A stretch of DNA of 63,576 bases, filler included, from Octopus bimaculoides (Eukaryota): the NCBI RefSeq assembly GCF_001194135.2. It is 4 parts of 3 records of this genome, joined end to end, with 100 filler letters (N's around TTAATTAATTAA, not from the genome) between each part and the next. Parts side by side here need not be neighbours in the genome. Positions count along the whole stretch, not along the records: positions 44,302 to 58,861 come from NC_068985.1; positions 58,962 to 63,576 come from NC_068983.1; 2 more parts are not named here. One strand, given 5' to 3'. The notes under the pieces are model-generated. The model was not told the DNA's origin. It was given only the letters and a program-made list of their open reading frames with translations, and did no database searches. This document shows positions 52,331 to 63,576 of the stretch, piece by piece (position 1 is the first letter of the stretch; each line of letters opens with the position of its first letter). The position numbers and the translations under genes are program-made.

Positions 52331-52352
52331 CAGTGTTCCCTTCATCATACAT
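52331..52352 (-). CDS. Candidate first coding exon (MYDEGNT)
   Basis: TG|GTAAGT donor; stops upstream in all frames; phase 1 fits the 41277 exon. Confidence 0.35.
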
Positions 52353-52399
52353 GCAGTAATCATATTCGATTAAAATATCTTATTGATGCGTTTTGTTTC

Positions 52400-52411
52400 T
52401 CCCCCCGCCCC
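52400..52411 (-). promoter_or_regulatory. GC box (Sp/KLF-type) upstream of the candidate first exon
   Basis: GGGGCGGGGGG about 50 nt before the ATG, in the CpG-retaining zone. Confidence 0.3.
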
Positions 52412-52684
52412 ACTGATGAGAAGATTGTATTGTTTACATCATTTTATTCTTTCTGGAATAATACCAATGTTTTCTTCGAAACATACGTCGGAAGTATAAA
52501 GATTTAAGCATCTCAAGTCATGAACATTATTATTCTTAAATTAGTTGAGGTCTTACAGCTGTTTCTAGGATATCTATTCAAATTAAACGATCTATTATGG
52601 GAAAAACTAGGGGTTTGTAAACAGAAAGCAGAGCTGCCAACCACTGATATATCATTTTATTTTTTAGTTAATACTATATATGTG

Positions 52685-52725
<41 letters not shown>

Positions 52726-52729
52726 CTTT

Positions 52730-53378
52730 TACTCTTTTACTTGTTTCAGTCATTTGACTGCGGCCATGCTGTAGAACCGCCTTTAGTCGAGCAAATCGAC
52801 CCCAGGACTTATTCTTTGTAAGCCTAGTACTTATTCTATCGTTCTCTTTTGGCGAACCGCTAAGTTACGGGGACGTAAACACACCAGCATCGGTTGTCAA
52901 GCGATGTTGGGGGGACAANNNNNNNNNNNNNNNNNNNNNNNNNNNNNNNNNNNNNNNNNNNNNNNNNNNNNNNNNNNNNNNNNNNNNNNNNNNNNNNNNN
53001 NNNNNNNNNNNNNNNNNNNNNNNNNNNNNNNNNNNNNNNNNNNNNNNNNNNNNNNNNNNNNNNNNNNNNNNNNNNNNNNNNNNNNNNNNNNNNNNNNNNN
53101 NNNNNNNNNNNNNNNNNNNNNNNNNNNNNNNNNNNNNNNNNNNNNNNNNNNNNNNNNNNNNNNNNNNNNNNNNNNNNNNNNNNNNNNNNNNNNNATATAT
53201 ATATATATATATACATATATACGACGGGTTTCTTTCAGTTTCCGTCTACCAAATCCACTCACAAGGCTTCGGTCGGCCCGAGGCTATAGTAGAAGACACC
53301 TGCCCAAGGTGCCACGCAGTGGGACTGAACCCAGAACCATGTGGCTGGTAAGCAAGCTACTTACCACACAGCCACTCA
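52730..53378 (-). mobile_element. SINE family A, young, spanning a gap
   Basis: Tail and head flank the N run where the internal microsatellite lies. Confidence 0.9.
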
Positions 53379-53742
53379 TATTTGTTATAATTTCTTAGTT
53401 TTACTTGTTGCATTAAATTAGAGAAAAATAATATTTTACTGAATTATATGTGATGCTGATTAGAGGATTTTATTCTTGCATTTTTCGGTCTTTATTGATT
53501 CACTGTCTTTTATGTAGGTGTATATTTCTTTCGATAATTAAATGAATTTATCTGCATAAAAACTATATTACCTTCCTCTGAAAAAAACTAAGTAAATAAA
53601 AGTGAAACATCAATCGTGTTATTGGTGTGTATATGTGTGTATATATGTACGTATGTATGAATGAATGTATGTTTATGTATATATCTATTTATAAATATAT
53701 GCATGTGTGTATGTGTGTGTGTACGTACGTATTTATGTGGAA

Positions 53743-53784
<42 letters not shown>

Positions 53785-54053
53785 GTACATGATTGCATAC
53801 ATACAAAAATACATGCATTCATACATAAATACATACGTACATACAAACGGACAGACAGACAGATAGACAGGCAGACATGCATGAAATTATGAATAATAAG
53901 AGTGTACACGAGAGTGTTAAACTATTTGTAGCGTAAACCTGACACAGAATGACATGCATTTTCAAACTAACCGGCAGTTTGTTATCAATCTATCTTCTGA
54001 TATATTTTGCCGACAGCGCCATATTTCTCTCTTCATTACACGCACGCTCGCAC

Positions 54054-54119
<66 letters not shown>

Positions 54120-54579
54120 CCTATATGTGTGTATTTGTAAAAGATTCTGACACCATATTTACATGGGCGACACTTGTCTCTTTAAACTGTAGACAACATT
54201 AATTTGACATTGTCGACACTGCCATATTTAAACTTCCGACATCTTGCTTCCTTGTTAGTGCCAAAAACCACGTAATTTAGCTCTGAGCAAACGGTTTAAC
54301 ACTTTACCAAAAAGACCAGAGAAGACAGATAAATAAAATTATAGGTCCCTGAAACTGACCCTTTTTTTCATAGATAAATACGCTGTTGCCGGCTTATGAT
54401 CATAGGGTGTCAGCACGCCAATAATGGACGTTCTGGATGTTTGCTAACTACACTGTTACTTAACTATTGGTGACTTTTGGCTCTTGTTTACGCTACACTC
54501 GAGTTAGAGTGAGTAGACCTACAGTGAAAAAAAAAACAACCCGAAAGCAAAGTACAAACACAAAAAAAATATTCAATAA

Positions 54580-55000
54580 GCACAGGCATGGCTGTGTGGT
54601 AAGAAGCTTGCTTCCTTGCCACATGGTTCCGGGTTCATTCCCACTGTGTGGCACTTTAGGTAAGTGTCATTTACTATAACCTCGGGTCGATCAAAGCCTT
54701 GTGAGTGGATTTGGCAGAGGGAAACTAAAAGAAGCCCGTCGTGTGTGTATACATATACATATGTATGTGTGTGTTTGTATCTATGTTTGCCACTCCCATC
54801 AACACTTGGCAACCGGTGTTGATGTGTTTATGTCCCCGTAATTTAGCGGTTCGACAAAAGAGACCGATAGAATAATTACTAGGTTTAAAAAAAAAATTAA
54901 GCTCTGCTGTCGATTTGTTCGGCAAAAGACCCTTCAAGGTGGTGCTCCAGTGTGGCCGCAGTCAAATAACTGAAACAAATAACATATAAAAGATAAAAGA
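54580..55000 (+). mobile_element. SINE family A
   Basis: All modules present. Confidence 0.9.
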
Positions 55001-56044
55001 TTCCAGCCAAGACCTTCCCGTCTTTTTCGCAAAGCGATGTTTTTCCGAGAATTTGATTTGAAGGAGATTTGGATATTACTGCCAACGTGTTGCGCGACCA
55101 CAGAGAGGCTTCCTCAAGCTGTTGCTTTTGTTCTTCAATGTCATGCCCCTCATGGTCGCACAGATCTATTATTTAAAGTATTCCAAGCGTAACCATCCCA
55201 TCTACATAGGGGTATTTAGGAGTAAATTTTTAAGACAATATGTTATGATTTGAAGGAGGACAGACTTGACACTTCTAACCAATTGAAGAAAGCTAACGAC
55301 CATTATGGTCTGTTGTTTTATGACACTCCTGTCAAAGGATGAGACGCAACCCCACCCCACCTTGAAGTCGGTTGACGTAATTTTCCCAGCGACACCAACG
55401 CGTTCCTTCTCGCAGAACATCCGTTTGGAACTTAAACAGCTGAAGATAATCCCTAGAAAGAGAGTCATAGTAGAAGAGACCAGCACAAAGTTGGTATACT
55501 TGATGAGTAAAGGTTAACCTAGTCTTCCGTCTCCAACTCAGACGAGGTGTACAGGCTAAGGGATGAAAACCCTATCATTCTGAGATAACTGTTGAAGATA
55601 CCTGCTGGAAACCATTGCAATTTCAGTACCTTCCGACAGTATTGTTCCCTTCAGTGGTGAAGAGCAACATCGATACTTTCAGAGAATGTCCAGGTTCTTT
55701 TGTCCCTTCTTGTGCGTTATTTTCCCCTCCAGTTGTCCATGCAGCCACCATACCAAACCAGGGGCAGCTTTGACCACAGTAACCATTCAGCATCCATTTT
55801 GTTTTGCTGCCCACTAGGAACTTGCTCTTTGGTCACTGGACTTTGATCTTTCATTCAGTGTTCCTGCAATATCCAGGATGAAGCATTCTCTGCTTTACTC
55901 TCTAGTTTACCAAGAATTACTCGATTAGTACATTGTATATTTAGCTTCAAACTAACCATATCCCTTTCGGACAGAAACACACTACACATCCTCGCTCTTC
56001 CCATGATTCTCTAGATGCAGCTTCACCATGGTACAGAGTGGTGG

Positions 56045-56260
56045 TCCGTGGCTTAGTGGTTAGGGTTTTGGACTCATGATAGTGAGATTGTGGTTGCGAT
56101 TCCTGGCCCGGGTTGACGCGTAGTGTTCTTGTGCTAAACACTTCATTTCACGTTGTTCCAGTCCACTCAACTGGCAAAAATGAATAATACTGCGACGGAC
56201 CGGCGTCCCATCCAGATGGGGAATATATACGCCATGAAACTGGGACACCAACCCTTATAA
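56045..56260 (+). mobile_element. SINE with B-type head and alternative tail
   Basis: Homologous to 48570-48820. Confidence 0.8.
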
Positions 56261-56584
56261 GTCAGTATCATTCGAGAAGATAACTTTACCATTTTTTTGT
56301 TTTGAAATGTATTACCATGATACAGAATTCATTGCACAACAGACTCACGTCTAAAATTATTGCAAATTTGACCAATGCCCCTTTTAAGGTAGAGTCCAAT
56401 GCTTTGAAAGGCAATACCTACGAATGACTGGTCTCTCTAAACAGAAAAATATCTAATTATTCTTACTGCCTTGAATACTTGATGAGCTACAGCTTAATGA
56501 GCTTGATGAGCTGCCTTGATAAGCTACAACAGCATTGCACATTTATCGATATATATCCTTACATTATTCATAACCCACGTTGCC

Positions 56585-56900
56585 GGTGAAGGCGCGTAGC
56601 TTAGTGGCTAGAGAAGTGGGAACTTAGCTCACGACTGTAAGATCATGTGTTCGATTCCTGGCGGCACGTTGTGTCATTGAGCAAGACACTTTATTTAACA
56701 TTGTTCCAGTTACACTCAGATGGCAAAAATGAGTTATACCTGTAATTCAAAGGGCCAGACTTGTCACTCTGAATCTACCTTAGAACTACGTTAAGGGTAC
56801 ACGCGTCTGTGGAGTGCTATCCACCTACACGTTAATTTGACGAGCGGGCTGTTCCATTGATCTGTTCAACGGGAATCCTCGTCGTAACCGACGAAGTACC
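56585..56900 (+). mobile_element. SINE family B, full length
   Basis: Head GGCGCGTAGCTTAGTGGCTAG...GTTCGATTCC plus the shared 3' module. Confidence 0.85.
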
Positions 56901-57255
56901 AGTTAACCCACGCTGGGTAAATATCTTAGTTACTGATATCCAGCTTTTTTGGTAGGAATTCTTTTGATAGCTAAGAGGCGTATTCGAGAAAGTGATGTTA
57001 GATCCTTCTCAATTGAAGGTTAACCAATACTACTACCTGCTGTCTCACAATAAACAGTATCCCTTATGATACTATCAGTATCACACACATTAACCACGCC
57101 TTAGTCATGTAGTTATGCAATAGGGCCTTTTTAAAAGATGAATGATTACTGAACATGCTCCCACATGGTGATGTACTTTCCCTCTTATCTGCGTCTAGAA
57201 TGGTGGACGCTGTCAGCGTTTATCAACGGACATATTGGATAGGATAAACCAAAAA

Positions 57256-57294
<39 letters not shown>

Positions 57295-57717
57295 TCACAC
57301 ACAAGCACACAAAAACACATACACAACACAAACTCACATACGCTCACAGACACGTAATACATATCTGCATGCATGCATGTATGTATGTATGTATGCATGT
57401 ATGTATGTATGTATGTATGCATGTATGTATGCATGTATGTATGTATATGTGTTTGTGTGTGTGTATGTATGTATACACACACATTAGAAGTGTGTGTGCG
57501 CGGGTGTATGTATACACGCGCAAATATTATACATATACATACTTATACATATATATTTGGATGTATATAAAATATGTTATATAATATACATATACGTGTA
57601 AATATATATATATACATATATGTGTGTGATATACATTATATATATATGTGTGTGTATGCACGTGTGCATACACACAGGCACACACACACATATTGAAAGA
57701 AAGGGTGAAAGAGAGAA

Positions 57718-57759
<42 letters not shown>

Positions 57760-57880
57760 TGATAATTTGCAAGGGAAATGTCGCTTAACACTTGAGGTTT
57801 TTGACGTAATACCATGCCAAGCTCCTTCCTACTTTCTCAAGCGCAACCACCTACTGCCGCTTCCTTTCTTCATATTTTGA

Positions 57881-57938
<58 letters not shown>

Positions 57939-58409
57939 CACACACACAAAACACACACACACACGCATTCATACACGCATAGATAAACACATACATACAT
58001 ACAAACATGCATGTGTATTTTCCATTCTTTTACACACGCACAATCGCATATACATATTTTCAGAATTACTAGGCCTTACACATACATCCATCCATACATA
58101 CATACATATACATACATACATACATACATACATACATACATACGTACGTACGTGTGTGTGTGTGTGCGTGAAAATAAATATTCAATTATATATAAGTTTA
58201 ATTATGCACTTTGGAATACGTAACCGTGAGATAATTTGAATGTGAAAAAAATCTGTTTTTTCAATACATATTGTATTTGAAAATGATCTTACGTGAATGT
58301 ACTTTTGAAATAACTTAACTGCAACGTAAACAGGATAACGCAGTCTCTTCTATTTATTGCTACTACTGTACACCTCTCGGCTCTTGTGAAATACACAAAC
58401 ACACACATG

Positions 58410-58585
58410 TATGTACCAATTCCTCCGTTTTTCCCTTCTTTGGACTTTCCTTGTTTCCGACGAAGAGCTCCGCTCGAAACGTCATATTTTCTCTCTTTCC
58501 TTTCCCGAGCATCTAGTAACACAATCTGTATCACGTCCTCGCGTTGTTTTTTGTTGTTGTTTTTTTGTCTTTTTCCTTTTTTGAA
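58410..58585 (+). mobile_element. Penelope-type terminal repeat fragment
   Basis: Contains a minimal hammerhead motif followed by a pyrimidine/T-rich tract. Confidence 0.55.
58453..58487 (+). ncRNA. Minimal hammerhead motif (U4C, extra A, ACGU stem III), stem I degenerate
   Basis: [CCGACGA] A GAGC UCC GCUC [GAAA] CG UC. Confidence 0.5.
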
Positions 58586-58627
58586 CCTATTCACACGCAC
58601 ACACACACACACACATATATATATAAG

Positions 58628-58861
58628 CGCACCGTCGGTTACGATGGCAAGGGTTCCAGTTGAACCGGTCAAGAGAACAGCCTGCTTGTGAAATTAACGT
58701 GCAAGTGGCTGAGCACTCCTCAGACAGGCGTGCCCTTAACGTAGCTCTCAGCGTGACACAGAGTGTGATACGGCCCTTTGAAATACATGTACTACTCATT
58801 TTTGCCAGCTGAGCGGACTGGAGCAACGTGAAATAAGTTGTCTTGCTCAAGGACACAACGC
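58628..58861 (-). mobile_element. SINE family B
   Basis: Homologous to 56660-56900. Confidence 0.85.
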
Positions 58862-58972
58862 NNNNNNNNNNNNNNNNNNNNNNNNNNNNNNNNNNNNNNN
58901 NNNNNTTAATTAATTAANNNNNNNNNNNNNNNNNNNNNNNNNNNNNNNNNNNNNNNNNNNNCTTGCTGATCA

Positions 58973-59027
<55 letters not shown>

Positions 59028-59029
59028 TA

Positions 59030-59388
59030 TACACTCAACAGACTAGACTGTTGGAAAAGAAAAGAGTCCTAACATTGGGACACAACAAGTAAGCTTAGAT
59101 GCAAGAATCCTCCTAAGTATCCTAGCTCTCCCTAATAACACTGTTTTCTGGAGCTGTACTAAACTGGATTTTATGCCTATTTCCTTTCTCCATCTGTTCA
59201 GATCTTTAGGGATAGTACCCAATGCACCTATAGCTACTGGGATACATTTTACCCACCCTTTCCATAGTCTCTGTAATTCAATGGCTAGGTCCTGGTACTT
59301 TGCTATTTTTTATACCTCTCATATTAATTTATTCATCATTTGAGACAGTAAAGTCAATTATCTGGCACTTTCTATTGTCTTTATCTAC

Positions 59389-59390
<2 letters not shown>
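59030..59390 (-). mobile_element. R4/Dong-like LINE 3' end within a (TAA)n array
   Basis: KIAKYQDLAIELQRLWKGWVKCIPVAIGALGTIPKDL...LQKTVLLGRARILRRIL; (ATT)n on both sides. Confidence 0.85.
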
Positions 59391-59419
<29 letters not shown>

Positions 59420-61085
59420 GTGAGAGAGCAGTGCATGCCATCAAAGTGACATGGGGGTAAAATATACGAAGCCCAGTATACCCATCATGACAACCCGTCT
59501 GATAAGGGTACACCAGGCACATGCATCACAACCATATGTGTACGACATGGTGATCTCATATCAAGATAAACAGTGCATGNNNNNNNNNNNNNNNNNNNNN
59601 NNNNNNNNNNNNNNNNNNNNNNNNNNNNNNNNNNNNNNNNNNNNNNNNNNNNNNNNNNNNNNNNNNNNNNNNNNNNNNNNNNNNNNNNNNNNNNNNNNNN
59701 NNNNNNNNNNNNNNNNNNNNNNNNNNNNNNNNNNNNNNNNNNNNNNNNNNNNNNNNNNNNNNNNNNNNNNNNNNNNNNNNNNNNNNNNNNNNNNNNNNNN
59801 NNNNNNNNNNNNNNNNNNNNNNNNNNNNNNNNNNNNNNNNNNNNNNNNNNNNNNNNNNNNNNNNNNNNNNNNNNNNNNNNNNNNNNNNNNNNNNNNNNNN
59901 NNNNNNNNNNNNNNNNNNNNNNNNNNNNNNNNNNNNNNNNNNNNNNNNNNNNNNNNNNNNNNNNNNNNNNNNNNNNNNNNNNNNNNNNNNNNNNNNNNNN
60001 NNNNNNNNNNNNNNNNNNNNNNNNNNNNNNNNNNNNNNNNNNNNNNNNNNNNNNNNNNNNNNNNNNNNNNNNNNNNNNNNNNNNNNNNNNNNNNNNNNNN
60101 NNNNNNNNNNNNNNNNNNNNNNNNNNNNNNNNNNNNNNNNNNNNNNNNNNNNNNNNNNNNNNNNNNNNNNNNNNNNNNNNNNNNNNNNNNNNNNNNNNNN
60201 NNNNNNNNNNNNNNNNNNNNNNNNNNNNNNNNNNNNNNNNNNNNNNNNNNNNNNNNNNNNNNNNNNNNNNNNNNNNNNNNNNNNNNNNNNNNNNNNNNNN
60301 NNNNNNNNNNNNNNNNNNNNNNNNNNNNNNNNNNNNNNNNNNNNNNNNNNNNNNNNNNNNNNNNNNNNNNNNNNNNNNNNNNNNNNNNNNNNNNNNNNNN
60401 NNNNNNNNNNNNNNNNNNNNNNNNNNNNNNNNNNNNNNNNNNNNNNNNNNNNNNNNNNNNNNNNNNNNNNNNNNNNNNNNNNNNNNNNNNNNNNNNNNNN
60501 NNNNNNNNNNNNNNNNNNNNNNNNNNNNNNNNNNNNNNNNNNNNNNNNNNNNNNNNNNGTCCTTGTTTGTCCCCTCTGTGTTTAGCTCCCCTTGTGGGCA
60601 ATAAAGGAATTTAAAATTATCATTATTATTATTATTATTATTATCATCATCATCATCATCATCATTATTATTATTGTTGTTGCTGCTGTTATTTTGCATT
60701 CTGACTTCAAATGCCACTGAGGTCAACTTTTGCCTTTCATCCTTTCAGGGGACATTAAAATAATAACAGTGAAACACAAGGCTCAACAATGTAAATAAGC
60801 TTTGATAATAAGCTTCGCCCTCCCACAAATTTCTGGCCTTGTGCCCAAATTGGAAAATAATAATTATTAATACCATTGTTATTCTTCTTCTTATTCTTAC
60901 AATCTTTATTATTATTTGTTATTATATATGTATGACTGTGTTTTCTATTTGTTATGATCTTCTTCCTGTACAGTCATAATATTTTTTCTTTTCTAGGATT
61001 ATAATGTTTATTTCCATGTTTTATGGATAAGGTTAGGAATATCTTTTCTTCTCCGTCATGTCTTTTGTTGTAGTTGTTGCTGTCG

Positions 61086-61117
<32 letters not shown>

Positions 61118-61229
61118 AATGTTTACCATTCCTCTCTTGTGTTNNNNNNNNNNCTTTTCTTGTCTTTAATTTTAGCTGTTTGTTTATGGAAACATGCTTT
61201 TATGCTTCTCTTTCTCTCTCTCTTCCCCC

Positions 61230-61264
<35 letters not shown>

Positions 61265-61381
61265 TTCTACAACTTTTCTAATTAATGCTATGTGAAAGGC
61301 AATCAGTATTTTTGGTTCATTGTTTTCGGTTTCTGATTCAACAGGCATTGCGATGGTATGGCCTTGCGCAGCGGAACATAC

Positions 61382-61436
61382 TTCACTTGAGTGCACATTG
61401 ATGAAGACATATTTCTCGAAGTCCCAATAATATTCT
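61382..61436 (-). CDS. Candidate exon, unknown product
   Basis: aatttccag|A EYYWDFEKYVFINVHSSE|GTATGT. Confidence 0.3.
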
Positions 61437-61469
61437 CTGGAAATTATTCTTCATCTGAAGCTGGGATTA

Positions 61470-62293
61470 TTAACCTTTTAGTATTTAAACTGACCATATC
61501 TGGCCCAAGTATTCTACTCGTTTTATGTTGAAACTGGCTGGCTTCAGTCACTCACACCTACTGTACCATGTCATTCTAAAAATAACCAATCATATCTTGA
61601 AAATCTTGCACCTGCAAGACAATATATAATCAATTTTAGAAAATGGGATAAATAAGCATTCATCATCATCATCATCATCATCGTTTAACGTCCGCTTTCC
61701 ATGCTAGCATGGGTTGGACGATTTGACTGGGGACTGACGAACCAGATGGCTACACCAGACTCCAATCTGATTTGGCAGAGTTTCTACTGGTGGATGCCCT
61801 GCCTAACGCCAACCACTCCGAGAGTGTAGTGAGTGCTTTTTATGTGCCACCGGCATGAGGGCCAGTCTGGCTGTACTGGCAACAGCCACGCTCAAATGGT
61901 GTTTTTTACGTGCCACCTGCACAGGAGTCAGTCCAATGTTTTGTTCACATGCCACTGGCACAAGTGCCAGTAAGGCGAAGGTGGAAATGATCACGCTCAA
62001 ATGGTACTTTTTACATACCACCGGCATAGAAGCGAGATCGCTGCTCTGGCAGTGATTCTGCTCGGATAGTGCTGATAGTGCTACACTGGCACAGGTGCCA
62101 ATCATCGAATTTGGTTTAGTTTCGATCTTACTTGCCCCAACAGGTCTTCGCAAGCTGAGTTTAGTGTCCAGTGAAGGAAGGTTGGCTTGGGTGCCAGTCA
62201 TCGAATTTGGTTCAATCTCGATATATAATCAATTTTAGAAAATGGATAAATAAGCATTATATTTGATAAATAAATCTGAATGCTAAAGGATTA
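61470..62293. mobile_element. piggyBac-like MITE split by a SINE insertion
   Basis: TTAACCTTTTAGTATT ... AATGCTAAAGGATTAA ends; homologous to 24074-24290. Confidence 0.65.
61661..62220 (-). mobile_element. SINE family D, long variant, with 38/39-bp target-site duplication
   Basis: (CAT)n tail at 61661; flanked by ATATATAATCAATTTTAGAAAATG(G)GATAAATAAGCATT. Confidence 0.85.
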
Positions 62294-62622
62294 AAGTCAA
62301 ATCCATATGATAAACAGCTCTACTGCTTTCTTGGGTAACTAATGATATTGCGGAATTTGGTAACACAAAGTCCCAAGAAGGCTCTTCAACAGCAATTGGT
62401 TAAGAAATCCCTCATCTCCTAGCATAAAACTCCTTTATTCGTAGTCTAGTGAGCTGCATGGTAACCTCAGTAGAGCTGGTGGCATGAAAAAAATAAAGGA
62501 CTAAGTACATACTGTTAAGTAGATAGCGTTAAGGAGGGCATCCAGTAGGCAAAATTTTTTTCCGCACGAGAGTTCCGGACCCCAGTAATGAACTCATTTG
62601 CATACAGCCAATCAGAGCTTAC

Positions 62623-62654
62623 CTTGACATTGTTGTCAAGTTAACAAAGGTTGC
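62623..62654 (-). CDS. Candidate micro-exon
   Basis: catttcgtctag|ATFVNLTTMS AG|GTAAGC; phase 2 fits the 61436 exon. Confidence 0.25.
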
Positions 62655-62959
62655 CTAGACGAAATGCCCAACACAACATTCATGAATGTGTTAAAAACAA
62701 CCAATCTCTTTGTAAAACACACTCTACCAAGTAAACTCAAGATGAAGAACAGGCGGCCTATTACCAAGTTATGCCTGATTTTAGAAGGAGACGAATAATT
62801 AGATACATTTGCATCTATATCTATTATCGGATTTTGTTAGGACCCCATATAGTAAAGATGTGGATGGGAAAAATGTGGGTAGAGGGTGATGCGCTAGCAA
62901 CCCTCTTCCCTTACTGTTTTAGAAAGCAGACAACAGCACAAATAACTAAGCATATACTG

Positions 62960-63051
62960 TCCTTTGGATCCATCGGATCCTGTCAAACCATCCAACCCAT
63001 GCCAGCATGGGACATCGACCCTAAGTGGTGATGATGCTGATGATGATGATA

Positions 63052-63097
<46 letters not shown>

Positions 63098-63170
63098 CGA
63101 TGATGACGATGAAGATGATGATGATGATATGATGATGATGATGATATGATGATGATGATGGTGATGATTA
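62960..63170 (+). mobile_element. SINE family D tail with an expanded (GAT)n array
   Basis: CCATCCAACCCATGCCAGCATGG followed by about 140 bp of GAT/GAC repeats. Confidence 0.75.
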
Positions 63171-63576
63171 CTATTTCATTACAGAAATTGCGATTAAAAT
63201 TCTTATCCTTGTCTGACCAAACTTTGATGCCATCTGTACAGTTAGCAGCGTTTCTAACTCGGTTGCTAACAGGGAAGGAAGGAAGGAAGGAAGGAAGGAA
63301 TAAGCACTAAAACGTGAAGAATGCTAGAAGTCATGTATAATCAATCTAGTTTCACACATGTATTGTGCAATTGGTTATTCCATTCTCATGTCTATCCATT
63401 CCCACCCACGCCCATCCCCACCTCTTGCTGCCGACCTCTTACTGCTCTGAATTTTATATTTGCAGTTTCTGTCTTTTTTTTTTTTTTTTTTCCTTATTTA
63501 ACATTCTTCTTCTGTTAAACACTCTTTCTTCCCTGCTTTTATATCAGCTACATAGCTTACTGTGTGTCTATATATA

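Noticed and set aside
52412-52460. CTGATGA motif (also CCGATGA at about 36105)
   Set aside because: No stem II/GAAA/stem III arrangement follows.
55202-55890. 60-94 aa ORFs on both strands in CpG-rich sequence
   Set aside because: No recognisable motif or good splice pair; probably a decayed repeat. An HDV-like ribozyme fold could not be supported.
1-63576. CRISPR arrays, rRNA genes or prokaryotic operons
   Set aside because: No repeat-spacer periodicity and no long ORFs; the sequence is eukaryotic repeat-rich DNA.

Overview
AT-rich eukaryotic draft-assembly DNA with about 5-6 kb of N gaps, dense microsatellites and several tRNA-headed SINE families. The repeat content looks like an octopus (coleoid cephalopod) genome; this is recognition, not a database result. 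Almost all ORFs in the supplied track are artefacts of microsatellites, N runs or SINE antisense strands. Recognisable decayed mobile elements are RTE, CR1-like and R4/Dong-like LINEs, Penelope-like (PLE) fragments, a DD37D maT transposon with TIRs, a mirror-image mariner made of two 5' halves, and hAT-like and piggyBac-like MITEs. A chain of short minus-strand exon candidates with consistent splice phases runs from 52.35 kb to 23.67 kb and suggests an unidentified spliced gene. The most striking observation is a fully base-paired type I hammerhead ribozyme (minus strand, 8367-8423) with a variant CCGACGA core and a palindromic stem III. It heads a ~300-nt multi-hairpin element that ends in the 3' tail of the major SINE family. 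A second, sequence-unrelated hammerhead motif with the same variant core lies at 58457-58483.
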